A stretch of 63,003 nucleotides of DNA, counting the filler, from Octopus bimaculoides (Eukaryota), in NCBI RefSeq assembly GCF_001194135.2. It is 4 parts of 4 records of this genome, joined end to end, with 100 filler letters (N's around TTAATTAATTAA, not from the genome) between each part and the next. Parts side by side here need not be neighbours in the genome. Positions count along the whole stretch, not along the records: positions 1 to 28,970 come from NC_068985.1; 3 more parts are not named here. One strand, 5' to 3'. Positions 14,430 to 27,811 of the stretch are shown here, piece by piece. Within the stretch, counting starts at the first letter, position 1; each line of letters begins with the position of its first letter. Below the pieces are notes generated by a model. That model saw only the letters and a program-made list of their open reading frames with translations. It did no database searches and was not told where the DNA came from. The position numbers and the translations under genes were made by a program.

Positions 14430-15516
14430 AGAACGCAAGTTGTATAAACTTGTTATTGTATCGAGTATCTGTCATGTGTGAGGTGTTATATTAGGTGTTG
14501 ATCACGTAGAATAGTTACTGTGCGAATTGTAGTATTCTATTTGATGGTTATTGCCTAGGGTATATTTGTGTGTATGTGTGTGTGCGCATATGTGTATGTG
14601 TTTGTGTATGTGTATGCGTGTGTGTGTGTGTGTGTATGTGTGAGTGTCGTGTGTATAGACTGTACCAATTGAGGTGCGCTATTTGATTGAAAGTGTCTGG
14701 TGTCAGATGTGAACTGCACATGAGACCATTTTGGGATTTTGTATAACGTGTAACTTATAATGGCTTATATACGTTTGTGCATATTTATCACACCTATTGT
14801 TCCAATTATTGTTGGTACTGTTTTTACTATTATGCTCCAGATTCCGTTCATTTAAATTTCAGTGTTATTGTATACTGACAGTTTTTCGAGTACATTTTGA
14901 TAAATGTGTTGATCAGAAGGGGTTGTGATGTCACGATTTCGCGATGTCAAGTCATTTGTTATTATATATGGACAGTTTCAATTTGGATAGAAATATCTCG
15001 CACGATTGTAGCTTGTCTGTTGTCTTGTAGCGTATTTAGTGTATGTTTATCTCATGTTTTGTCTATTTTCATGTGTTGGCCTATTGTCCAGTTGACTGAG
15101 CTATCGACTCGATCGCCACTGCGAATATATTCGTACTATGCGAGGACGGAGGAAGTAAAGAAGATTTGGTCAATCGTCTCATTATACTGAATCATAGTCT
15201 GTATATTTCTCACTCTTTTATGCTTTAAGTTTTTATGATATTGGTTGTGTGGCAGCTAGAGTTGGACTTAGTATTCTTTTTATTCCAGATAGTGCGGGCA
15301 ATTGCTACCTTTTACTCCAGCTTCTTTTTTTAATCTTTTCTTGTGGTTATTGGCCATGAAGTGTATATTTTTCAGTCTTTTCTTTTGTATATTAGGGAGT
15401 TCTGATTTTCTTATTTTTATAAGTAGATCTGTTGTTTCATTCTTATCTAAATCATCTGTTTCAGTGGAGATAATTTCCAGATTGTGTTAATCATTTCCTT
15501 ATATATATAGAGAATA

Positions 15517-15744
15517 TTGGGTTGTCCGGAAAGTTCGTGCCGATTTTTAAAGGAAAGAAAAAGGTCAATAAATCCTTGCATTTATATTTTTAATCAACCA
15601 AATATGAACCATTTTGCTGCACAATGCTTCTCCATCTTTCCGTTAACTTGAAAATACCCTCTTCCCAGAAATGAGGTGGTTTCATGGCAAATAATTCGAA
15701 AGGTAAGCTACTATAAATCGGCACGAACTTTCCGGACAACCCAA
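15517..15744 (-). mobile_element. 228-bp internally deleted mariner (MITE-like)
   Basis: Perfect 30-bp TIRs TTGGGTTGTCCGGAAAGTTCGTGCCGATTT, TA on both flanks, interior encodes transposase C-terminus GIFKLTERWRSIVQQNGSYLVD. Confidence 0.9.
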
Positions 15745-15779
15745 TACATTGTTTTTTCTTCATGTTTTCTTATAAAACT

Positions 15780-16460
15780 TATCAATTTCTATTTGTTAAT
15801 TTCTAGGAATTCTATCTGTTCTTATTGCTAGCGTTTTCTAGAAGCCTTTTCATTTGTCCCAGCTCCCTTACATGTAAGTAGATGTATTCTATGTGTAATC
15901 AGCTTGGATGAGTTGGCTTCGGATTGCTGTTATTAGTTTCTTAGTTTTGCTCTCTATGCGCTTCAATTCGCTTAACTTCCAGTTTATTATGATGAAGCTG
16001 TAGTTTATGACTGACTTGCCTAGCGTTTTTATATCTGCTAACATTTCTAACATTTCAGTTCAGTCATTCAAAATAACTTCGCTTTTCTATTCTAATCTTT
16101 CTTAATTTTCTTTGTAATTTCTCTGTGTTGTATTTTATTAGTTTTATCTGCTTCTAAGTACTTGGAAGGTCTCTGATTTCGGTGTCTGTGACTAATTTAA
16201 TGTTCCCAGGTTTACTTAATTCCACTGTATTTATTTCTGTCTAATCCCATACACATTTTTGAGAAGAATTTATGGACAGTTTTTCATACGTTGGCGTAGG
16301 TTTTCCTTAAGAGGAGATGGTTTATAACTTGTCCAAAAAATATGTACACAAAGGTAGTTTCATGTAAGTAAGGTAACAGGAGACTCTCCCTAGAATATTA
16401 ATCGCCTTATAAGTACAAAATTTGCTTTAATTATCTCCTCTTTGTTTTATAGTAATATCG
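15780..16460 (-). pseudogene. R4/Dong-like LINE RT fragment, decayed
   Basis: Minus strand resembles GIFQGDSLSP, INYSF.IINWKLSELKRI and HPKAD..RIYL motifs. Confidence 0.6.
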
Positions 16461-18372
16461 TTCACTATTTTGATTTGGTGTGGTTGATGTAATTTGTTAG
16501 TCTTCAAGCTACTTATGTTGAATATTTCCAGTATATAGGAGTGTGGAATGCAATCAAGTATTCTTCAGTACTCAATCGAGACCATGCTAAATTTTGTTTT
16601 CCTCTTTTTACTGGCTTCCATAATCCCTCAGTGTATCAACGTTTTACATTTATAAATTAAATTCCTACACTCATCCCATTCTTCTGTTAATAAATTATTG
16701 TTATCTAGATGAGTAACGAGACTCTCTTATGTCTAAAGGTTTTCTACGTTGTTGTCAAACTCGTTATGGAGTTATAATCGTGTGAGTTTGGGATATTTGA
16801 CTTGGAGAATTACTGAAGTCCTCACTCCCTTAAAGCAATCAATCAATAAAGTCTTTGCCAAGTACCTTGATAGATAGCATCGACTAGTCCCTCTCAGCCA
16901 AATTATTGACTTTGTGCCTAAATTAGAATCAGTTATTAAGATCATAATATAATTCAATTAACATCATATAATTTACATCAGGTAATTAAGTGCCATTCAC
17001 AAGTATATGTGTTTCGGCGGGAAGAATTCAAGCAATCTTTATGCACGTAATGTCCTAATGCTTTTGTGTCACGAACAGGGGGTGGGTGGTATTTGTTTAA
17101 TATAGGTTAGAATATGGTTTTCAACTTTAATCCCAGACCCGGCTAGTCTTGTGTGTAAAGAAGGAGTCTTAAGCATTCGACATATTGTATTTTATGATAC
17201 CAAAACGTACAACCAGAAAATACTGGAAAATAGTAATTACTGAAATATTTCAACTCTGAAAACATATGAGAGAAAGTTATCAGGGTATGTTGAAATCAAT
17301 ACATCATTTTAATTATCACTCATTATGATGCATTATGTTATTTACAAACGAACAAAGCAAATAATATTGTTTCGTTCCCTCTACAGCATCATGCAGTTTA
17401 TTAATTACTGCTATTAGTTTTGGAAGCTAAACATTAATAATTGATGCTCGACTGGTAGTCTGTACTCTGATGACAATGGAGTATTTAGATAAACAGATAT
17501 TCATTTTAGCGATATTGAATTTAGTGAACCTGAAATAGATAAACTGAAAAATGAAGAATACGAGTTAAAAATAAAAGATTAACTAAGCTACTTTCCCCTT
17601 AGTTTATTCAACCGTAGTTAAGGCAATTCACTTGTCGAAATATGCTGATTTATTATGAAAGAGAAAATGACAATTCAGGTTGCTTTTATTTAAAAAAAAA
17701 TTTATTACTCTGCAATTAGTGGAAATTCATGAAATACTTATTAGTGAAAACTAGTAGAATATTAATTAGAGAATTTGTATTTTTTCGGAAGCAAGGCGTA
17801 ATTGGTTGTCAGAAAAGATTTTACAATAACCATGAATCTAGAAGTAATTTACGACAATGTAAATTAAAAAGAACGCAATAACAAAAAAACAACAACAACA
17901 AAAACAACAAAAACAACAACCAAACAAACAAGAAATAAAAGTAAACCAACTTCGTTTTAGTAAAATAAAAGATACTCAAACTATTTTTTAGCTATGTGAT
18001 TGGTTACTGGCAATATTCCTGTGAACGTATAGCACTATAAATACATGCAGAAAAAAAAAGACTTATGTACATACAGCATAAACACTTATCTCCTGAAACT
18101 TGAAAAAAATGTGGTGCCACAAAAATTAGCAATGAAGTTCATAGCGAGTATTTTCTGAAGTTTTACAAGTAGATTGAAGTAACAATAGTTAAATAACTTG
18201 CCCAAAGACATCATATATTTCTACTCTGCACAAAAGCAATATTGTATTATTGTATTGTATTTTACTGTCCTTGAGGCACTAAACATCAGTTATGTCAATG
18301 TGGCACTCATATAACATTGCATTAAAAAAATATAAATGTTTAACATTTGCTTCATACTTTCCGTGTCTCCCA

Positions 18373-18404
<32 letters not shown>

Positions 18405-18424
18405 ACTCTCTCTCTTTCTTTCTC

Positions 18425-18457
<33 letters not shown>

Positions 18458-18629
18458 TTCTCTCTCTCTCTCTCACTCTCTGTCAGAAGTTTTGCTTTAA
18501 CTTACTGTCTCCCAGTGTGTTTCTGAATTTCCCTTATTCGATCTCAATGTGCTACATAAACAGGTACACATTAGACGCCTGAGCAAACACGCAGACACAA
18601 ATATATATTCTTTTATTCTTTTTCTTTTA

Positions 18630-18839
18630 ATTGTTTCAATAATTTGACAGCGGCCATGCTGGAGCACCACCTTTAGTCGAACAAATCGACCTCAGGACTT
18701 ATTCTTTGTAAGCCTAGTACTTATTTTATCGGTCTTTCTTGCCGAGCTGCTGAGTTACGGAGACTTAAACAAACCAACATCGGTTGTCAAGCGATGTTGG
18801 GGGACAAACCCAGACACACAAATACATACATATATACAA

Positions 18840-18845
<6 letters not shown>
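18630..18845 (-). mobile_element. SINE family A, 3' half
   Basis: Tail cggccatgctggagcacc...cttattctttgtaagcctagtac...gtcaagcgatgttgggg. Confidence 0.75.
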
Positions 18846-18870
<25 letters not shown>

Positions 18871-19214
18871 NNNNNNNNNNNNNNNNNNNNNNNNNNNNNN
18901 NNNNNNNNNNNNNNNNNNNNNNNNNNNNNNNNNNNNNNNNNNNNNNNNNNNNNNNNNNNNNNNNNNNNNNNNNNNNNNNNNNNNNNNNNNNNNNNNNNNN
19001 NNNNNNNNNNNNNNNNNNNNNNNNNNNNNNNNNNNNNNNNNNNNNNNNNNNNNNNNNNNNNNNNNNNNNNNNNNNNNNNNNNNNNNNNNNNNNNNNNNNN
19101 NNNNNNNNNNNNNNNNNNNNNNNNNNNNNNNNNNNNNNNNNNNNNNNNNNNNNNNNNNNNNNNNNNNNNNNNNNNNNNNNNNNNNNNNNNNNNNNNNNNN
19201 NNNNNNNNNNNNNN

Positions 19215-19790
19215 TATCTATGACTTCCTTCCATCTACTTACAAGCTTTTTGATTCCATCAATGTAAAACTCTTTTGGTTTCAAAGCGAAGATCTCTGAA
19301 ATGTCAGTTTCGACCTCTTCCTGGCTTGCGAAAATTATATCCCCCAAATGATTCTGTAAACTACGAAACAAATGGTAGTTTGAAAGAGCAAGGTCGGGAG
19401 AATAAGGTGGGTGAGAAATTTTTTCCCAACCAAGCTCTTCGATCTTCTGTGATGTGATCTTTGTAGTGTGGGGTCGCGCATTGTCCTGATGAAATATCAC
19501 TCCTTTTCGATTCACTAAAGCGGGTCTTTTTTTTTTTCAAAGCTTGGTTCAAACGTTCTAATTGCTGACAGTAGACTTGAGCATTGATTGTTATATTAGG
19601 TGGTAACAATTCAAAGTGAATTACTCCTTTGCAATCCCACCAGATAGAAAGAAGAAACTTTTTCCCATGAAGTTCCCGTCTCGGTTGTGGTTGAGCTTTT
19701 TCTCTTTTACCAAGCCTCTGTTTACGACGGCTAACATTTCGATAGAAGATCCGTTTTTCGTCATCAGTCACTAGTCTATCCAAAAAGGGT
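19215..19790 (-). pseudogene. Mariner (D,D34D-type) transposase, catalytic half, frameshifted; 3' end in a gap
   Basis: LVTDDEKRIFY, SIWWDCKGVIHFELL, FHQDNARPH and HPPYSPDLA motifs in two frames. Confidence 0.92.
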
Positions 19791-21803
19791 CAAATGAGTT
19801 CAGTCGTATAGCATTTGACTTTGACTCCATGGTAACAATTGTATCCAGTTACTTTTTAGAAAATCACCCACAGAAATCTCTCTCTATATATTTTTATAGC
19901 AACTGAAAGTTGTTCAAGAATATCGACCACATCGATATCTCGGTCAAATAAGTAGGGAATCGGACAGCCTTCTCCCCAAGGATTAAAGTATTAAAAAATG
20001 ATGATATTGTAGTTGATGGCTAAAACAAAGACGTTTTATCTAGAAAGTGGTATCTCTGAAATTGTATAAAGCATAAATATTATACAGTTAGTATCATTGG
20101 GGGGACTTGGATAGTAGAAGAGGACGAAGGAAATCTGACGGCGCGACTCGTTTTAGTTTTCTTTCGGAGATATCTTTCAGTCAACTTTCACAACTCATAT
20201 AATTGGTATGGACGTCACATCACATTTTCTTTTCTTTATTTTCTCTCCTGAATTAAAAAAAATAAATGTCTAGATTTGTTTATTTATAAATCGTTTGAAA
20301 TCATCATGTTATCGAAAGAAAAGAGTTCTTAATATGAACATAATGGATATTGTATCACTTTAAATATCTTGTGCATGCCATCTGAAGTCAGTAAGAATAT
20401 CTTTTTCTACGTAAAAAATAATGATGAATGTCATTTGGTTACGAAAGATATTTCTCTGCATTATTTGAAGTTCTTTTTAGTTTATTTTATCGACAAAAGA
20501 AAATTTCGAGAATATATAATCCTCAACAGATACAAGATCACCAGAAAATGAGTTAGGAATAACATTACGTGTTTGCAACAAAGGACTGTTGTTGGTCATG
20601 TCAATAAGAGGAAGTAATAGGGAAAAGAACATTGCGATGTGATTGCACTTCATGTCATGCGCTTTTGTCTGATCTTGTACATCAACAGAACAGCTCTTTA
20701 GTTTCAAAGAACTGATATATTAGAACTTAACGGAATATACAGATGTACACATTTTCCGAAAACGTCTAATTCTCTGTGAAGCTTACCAAGTAAATTCAAT
20801 TTTGTATATACCAATAGAAGAAGTGGTGAAGAGCAAAATCCTAGTTGATAGCCAAATTAAATATTTCATTGAATAAGAACTGGAGAACGTTCTCAAATTT
20901 CCATTTATTCTACAAATAATAGAAGCAGCCTTTCCTTTCAAATGTCTCTTCTTTGTTACAATATACATCTAGACATTTCTTTTGAGTTTTTCGGAATTTA
21001 TTTGATCTTGAAATTGAAAGAGTAATTATCTAAATTAACCTTCTGCATAAAATCTGCCTGTCTGAGGAATTTTAAAGTTTTGTTAACCACTTTTATGGGA
21101 ATACGAGTATCAGAATGGTTCAACACACTGAAGGCTGGGATGGTGAAGGTTACACTACTTGTACCATACAAAACGTAGCGCATTCCATCGACGCTTGTTT
21201 GAAAGTAGTTACAAAGTTACAATTGATTATCCTTGTAGATACCGCAGCAGAAGATTAACCGTACTGCATACTGAGTTATGGGTAAATAACACAATCATCA
21301 GCACTATACCCATTTCATAAACTTGCAACTAACTTTACAGAAAAAAAACTACCCTATAATTAGCCATGTAAATACTTTTCTTTATTAATATCAAACGACT
21401 TGTAAATAATATAGCTTACAAGAATAATGTGGAATGTGTCACAATTGAGCTAACCTTGTCAGTGACAGAATCATTTCCAATTTTTAAATCTTCTACATGA
21501 AAGCAGCTGGCTATACAAAAAGGAAATGGGTCAGAATATATATACTGAAGTAAGAAAAAGTTTGAAAATTCGAAATGCGAATATGTGCTCATTTTCGTAA
21601 CAAATTTTGGTGCAAAGTTACAAACAAAACATAATTTATGTAACGTTAGTAAGTATAATAACAAAGTGATATAAAATAGTATAAGAAAATAATATAAATA
21701 ATATAAAACAGTATAATATCAAAACAATATTGGTAATATTCACGGGTATTCGACTGGAAACTATTGCTGCTACTTATAGATACTTACGGAGTAAGGGAGG
21801 GTA

Positions 21804-21878
<75 letters not shown>

Positions 21879-21904
21879 GATAGCGAGAAATATATATATA
21901 GAGA

Positions 21905-22145
21905 GATTACTGAGACATATTGGTTTCAAATTTTGGCACAAGGCCAGTAGTTTCGTGGGAAGAGCTAAGTCGATTACATCGACCCCAATACTCAACTGAT
22001 ATTTATTTTATCGACTCCGAAAGAATGAAAGGCCAAGTAGATTCCGGCGGAGTCTACTTTGAGTTCAAAATGTAAAGAGGAAACAAAATACCGTTAAGCA
22101 TTTTGCCCGCCGCGTTAACATTTCTGCCAGTTCGCTGCCTTAGAG
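21905..22145 (-). mobile_element. SINE family B
   Basis: Reverse complement of the 24203-24400 copy (ggtttcaaattttggcacaaggccag...ttctgccagttcgctgcc). Confidence 0.75.
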
Positions 22146-23450
22146 ATAATATAAAGATAGGGAAAATGTAGTGCTCTATTGTGAAATAACAAATATTTTA
22201 AAGTAAAAGCTTCGTGATGCTGTTTCTAATTTTTCAAAAAACAGAGAGAACCATCTGACCTATAGGTGTATTTTTGTTTTGATGAGAACACCAACTGAAA
22301 GTATTGCAAGACATGTACATCAAACTTACTGCGTTACGAATGGTGTGTTAATTGATTATAGTTCTGCTAAATCAAAGTTGACTTGTTGCCAAACAACAAA
22401 TGAATTTGATTTCAAGACAGATTCGAACCCAGTTACATGAAGCACTAAACTAGTTATCAAATAGCATTAGTGCTATACACACGTGGTTCTGCAAAAAGAT
22501 AAAACAAAAATCCGATTCTATACTAAAGAAACGTCTACTTACTTATGTGGATTCCATAACAAACGCAAATAAATACATATTTTGCCAAAATACCGAAGAG
22601 AGAACGGATGTCTGACATCATTCGAGTCGAGTAATGTCAAATGAGTGAGAAATCACTTTTCTGTGAGAATTTGTTTTCGTGTTTTGATAGAAAATATTCC
22701 TCTACCTGTTCAAAATCACATACCGACTACACATATACTTGCACGAACTGAGGAGTGAGCTTCAGTTACTAGAAATAACACCAAAATCTCTCTAAAATTA
22801 TATCTTAGAAAAGAATTTGGAATGTTGGTTCTGATACACACATACTCACGCGCGCGCACATAAGCAAATATCTCAAGCTTTAATTCTTGACATTCAGTGT
22901 AAACATTATATATATATATATATATAAACATATGTATATATGAATATACATATATAAATGCATACATATATAGGTATTTACATATATATACAAACATATN
23001 NNNNNNNNNNNNNNNNNNNNNNNNNNNNNNNNNNNNNNNNNNNNNNNNNNNNNNNNNNNNNNNNNNNNNNNNNNNNNNNNNNNNNNNNNNNNNNNNNNNN
23101 NNNNNNNNNNNNNNNNNNNNNNNNNNNNNNNNNNNNNNNNNNNNNNNNNNNNNNNNNNNNNNNNNNNNNNNNNNNNNNNNNNNNNNNNNNNNNNNNNNNN
23201 NNNNNNNNNNNNNNNCATTTATTAGGTAGACTTAAGTATACACGGATACGAAAGGAAAAAAAAATGCTTCACGCGTATATTTATATATTAAACAATACTG
23301 AGTTAAAATATATATTGATGCATATTCAGAACTATACACATATATGTAAGCATTCGTTTATGTAATCTTTAATATTTCACTTTTCTCGTAACGATAATGA
23401 ATATATGAATGTAAAATGTTACTCTTACTGTATACAGGTACTGAAATGGG

Positions 23451-23486
<36 letters not shown>

Positions 23487-23564
23487 CGCGCGCGTGAATG
23501 ATTCCTGTTTGTGAATATCAATCAGATAAATGCCCCCTGTTTCTTTCATAACTATTATCTTTTA

Positions 23565-23770
23565 TCTTTTACTTGTTTCAACCATTAGACTGCACCATGC
23601 TGGGGCACTGCCTTAGTCGAATGAATCGACCAGTACGTTTTTTTAAACCCTGGTACTTGTTCTATCGGTGCCTGTTGCTGAACCGATAGGTTACGAGGAC
23701 GTAAACACACCAGCACCAGTTGTCAAGCTTAGCTTTGGTGGGGAGCAAACACAGACACACAGACCCAAGC
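23565..23770 (-). mobile_element. SINE family A, 3' half
   Basis: Conserved tail, matches 18630-18845. Confidence 0.65.
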
Positions 23771-24202
23771 ACAGACACAGACACGCACATCCAAAAACAC
23801 ACACATACATACAGACAGACAGACAGACACAAACACAAATCTGGATAGATTTTATTTTTTATGATTCTTAAACCTGTTTGTCAGAAAGGTATTTAGGTAT
23901 TTATACTAATTAATTGTCCTAGTGTATTATGAAACACCTGCGAAAATAACCCAATCAGGATTTGAAGTTAAAAGCCTCTGCTTCACTCACACGCATAAAC
24001 AGTAATATTCAGAGTTGTTCCTTCGACTGAAACACAAGAAACAGATGGCTACTGATGAACCAGACGGTCCCTACAAAAAGTAGTTGGCGAAAAGAAATTT
24101 TCATGGGTTGAAAGAAACAATAGAGTTCTCTCAACTCTGACTCTTTCGTACAGTAATAATTGGTAATATTAGGCCCTATACAAGGCGGCAAACTGAAAGA
24201 GT

Positions 24203-24400
24203 CGTTATCACGCCAAACAAAATGCTTAACGGCATTTCGCTCGCCTTTACGTTCTGAGTTCAAATGCCACCGAGGTCGATTTTGCCTTTCATCCTTTCGG
24301 GGTCGATAAATTAAGTACCAGTTGAGCACTGGGGTTGATGTAATCGACTTACCCACTGCACTGAAATTGCTACCCTTGTGCCAAAATATGAAACCAATAT
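24203..24400 (+). mobile_element. SINE family B
   Basis: gttctgagttcaaatgccaccgaggtcgattttgcctttcatcctttcggggtcgataaattaagtaccag. Confidence 0.8.
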
Positions 24401-25305
24401 TAGGCCCTATATTGTTTTACATGAATAATAGAGACAGACAACAGTGCTGGTACGATTTAACTCGTCCGACAGGCAATTCACTAAAATTGCTAGAGGTGTG
24501 TGTAGAATTTGCTGCCTGCAAGCGAACAACACATCTTGCTTATTCTATTTTTGCGTTTTATCATTTAATCTGCCTCAAACCATACTGCAGTTTTTGGTGT
24601 TCTTATTCGCACCATTCATCAATTTGGTAATTTTCTGAGACCCACGAAGTCTATGATTTTCTTGAGGCAGCCTTTACTAGCCTCTTTGCTGTATCTATAA
24701 CACTGCATTATGAGATCTTTCTTGAGAGATAGTGCCAACTATTGCTTCATGTCCCTAGTAGGTTATCACTGTTTGGTTCAGGCAACTTATTCGTATGGCA
24801 AGAGCCCGCTTATTTCGCAACTAATCATCATACCTCTTGGCCATATCGATATCCGCCATCTGCGACCCGTTTTCCAGGAAATCAGATCTACCAAGCCAAA
24901 AAGAACTGCAGGAAAACCACTGAATTTTTGACAACCATCCTTAATCCCACTTTCTTTCACACACCTCTATGGAAACTCACACCTCTCATTTGAGTAATTA
25001 CATGTCTTCTTGCTGTGTAAACCCCTCTTCAGCACATGTACACACACACACACACACACACGCACACACACACACAGAAATGCATACGCATACACATACA
25101 CATACAGACTTATGTATTAAGTAACAATAGTTCTTTTCGTTGTTTCATGAATAATCAATCTGCATATTCCCTATTGCTTTTGTTTCTATGTTATTGCGTG
25201 CGTAAATTTCTCCCGCTTTTGGCGTGTGCCAGAGTAAACCATCTGTAATACGTATCTCATATGTCACTTTACTTTGATATTTCATACCTTTTATTTATTT
25301 TTACA

Positions 25306-26600
25306 ATGCCGAAAAGAGAGAGTACATTTACGGAAGAACTCAACAACGATTAACTTTTTCTTAAAAAGCTCTGCACCGACAAAGTAAAAACAGTCAGAAT
25401 CAATCGAATTAGAGTTTCCTGTCGGAAAAGAAGTCAATTTTTGCTTTACATACCGTTTCTCTTAAATTGACTTGCAAAGCATTCGACTGTTCATGAAAGT
25501 TGGTCTCAAAACTTTTTGAGCTAAAATTTTCTCAGGCACAGACAAAATTTGAAGCCATAATTTTAAATGTAATTGTAACAACGGCTAAGTCTGAACTTGT
25601 ATTAATTTCTATAGATTATCCGCATGGAAAAGAGCTTAAAACGATACTTTCATTATTCGTTGTTACACTCCTGGTCAGCACATACATGTTAAAGTTTTGG
25701 TTATGCACACTGTTTCAGTTGAGACGGCAGAGATTTTGACAAATGCGTTAGTCTCAGTTGTGGAGTATTACTAGTTGAGGGGAAAATTCACTACATTCTG
25801 TGAGCACAATTTCAAAACAAATTTATTGGTGTACAATAAAAAAAGTACTGCATATTTAGCTGATTAAAAGTCAAACTTGAACGCGACCTTGCTGCCTGCA
25901 TTGCGCACAAGTGTTTCCGAACCGTTGTTGATCATTACGGATTGATAGCGATGCACATAAAAAAACGGTTCAAATATTTTCAAACTTACACAATTCGTGT
26001 GACGTAGCTGAAAGAATTTTGTGACTTTGCCGGTGTAGAATATAAAAAGCTAACACATGGTGATAGTTGATTTTTGTCATTGATTGAAATCATATTTTTG
26101 TTCCCGAGAATAGTACACAGGATAGATAAACAACTCTTTGAAAATGAATATGGAGATATGTATCTATGGTTTGTAAACATCATTTTCAACGAATCGGTTC
26201 TGGTCATGTCGAAGGATTATGCCAACACAGTACCTTTTAAACTAGCTAAATCTGATTACAAATATAGAAGAAAGAAAAAATAGTGAATTTGTGCCTCAAA
26301 AATACAAAGACCTTGCTGAGAAAATTTGAAGAAAATGGCGAAAGCATTGAAAAAGTGAAAGAATTTAAAAGGTTTCCTGAAAAATGCCTCTCATACTGAG
26401 AACTATGAAAAAGAACTTCGAACCAGCGGAAGACTGGTAAAATTCTCGTATGTTGGCCTAAGGTTGAGCAGTTTGGAGTGCTGATCAACCAATGGATTGG
26501 AAAGCAAGTAATACATATTGATAAATTATATGTTGTGCAAAGAGTTTTGCGTTTTTAAAATAGAAGTTTGAACAGTTCATAACTTTAAGTACAAAGTGGC
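25306..26600 (+). pseudogene. Decayed hAT-superfamily transposase
   Basis: Starts MPKRES..; segments KFSQAQTKFEAII, ACIAH (C-x2-H motif) and YTIRVT*LKEFCDFAGVEYKKL..FLSL resemble hAT transposases; many stops and frameshifts. Confidence 0.65.
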
Positions 26601-26639
26601 AAATTGCTTTTGTTCACTGCAAAGAACAACGCTTATTAG

Positions 26640-26677
<38 letters not shown>

Positions 26678-27743
26678 NNNNNNNNNNNNNNNNNNNNNNN
26701 NNNNNNNNNNNNNNNNNNNNNNNNNNNNNNNNNNNNNNNNNNNNNNNNNNNNNNNNNNNNNNNNNNNNNNNNNNNNNNNNNNNNNNNNNNNNNNNNNNNN
26801 NNNNNNNNNNNNNNNNNNNNNNNNNNNNNNNNNNNNNNNNNNNNNNNNNNNNNNNNNNNNNNNNNNNNNNNNNNNNNNNNNNNNNNNNNNNNNNNNNNNN
26901 NNNNNNNNNNNNNNNNNNNNNNNNNNNNNNNNNNNNNNNNNNNNNNNNNNNNNNNNNNNNNNNNNNNNNNNNNNNNNNNNNNNNNNNNNNNNNNNNNNNN
27001 NNNNNNNNNNNNNNNNNNNNNNNNNNNNNNNNNNNNNNNNNNNNNNNNNNNNNNNNNNNNNNNNNNNNNNNNNNNNNNNNNNNNNNNNNNNNNNNNNNNN
27101 NNNNNNNNNNNNNNNNNNNNNNNNNNNNNNNNNNNNNNNNNNNNNNNNNNNNNNNNNNNNNNNNNNNNNNNNNNNNNNNNNNNNNNNNNNNNNNNNNNNN
27201 NNNNNNNNNNNNNNNNNNNNNNNNNNNNNNNNNNNNNNNNNNNNNNNNNNNNNNNNNNNNNNNNNNNNNNNNNNNNNNNNNNNNNNNNNNNNNNNNNNNN
27301 NNNNNNNNNNNNNNNNNNNNNNNNNNNNNNNNNNNNNNNNNNNNNNNNNNNNNNNNNNNNNNNNNNNNNNNNNNNNNNNNNNNNNNNNNNNNNNNNNNNN
27401 NNNNNNNNNNNNNNNNNNNNNNNNNNNNNNNNNNNNNNNNNNNNNNNNNNNNNNNNNNNNNNNNNNNNNNNNNNNNNNNNNNNNNNNNNNNNNNNNNNNN
27501 NNNNNNNNNNNNNNNNNNNNNNNNNNNNNNNNNNNNNNNNNNNNNNNNNNNNNNNNNNNNNNNNNNNNNNNNNNNNNNNNNNNNNNNNNNNNNNNNNNNN
27601 NNNNNNNNNNNNNNNNNNNNNNNNNNNNNNNNNNNAGACAGAACGAGATAACAAAGCTAAGATTGTAAGTTTTCAAGACATTTATAAGGAAAAAGATATA
27701 GATTATTTACATTATCTACATTATCTACAAAGATATAGATATA

Positions 27744-27791
27744 GTCTTACAACTTTTTCTGGGATATTATAGATATCCCTTCATCAGAGAC
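27744..27791 (-). ncRNA. PLE-type minimal type I hammerhead ribozyme motif, slightly degenerate
   Basis: GTCT-CTGATGA-A-GGGATAT/ATATCCC(7-bp stem II)-A-GAAAA-AGTT-GTA-AGAC. Confidence 0.6.
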
Positions 27792-27811
27792 GATGTGAGA
27801 TGGTTAAGCAA

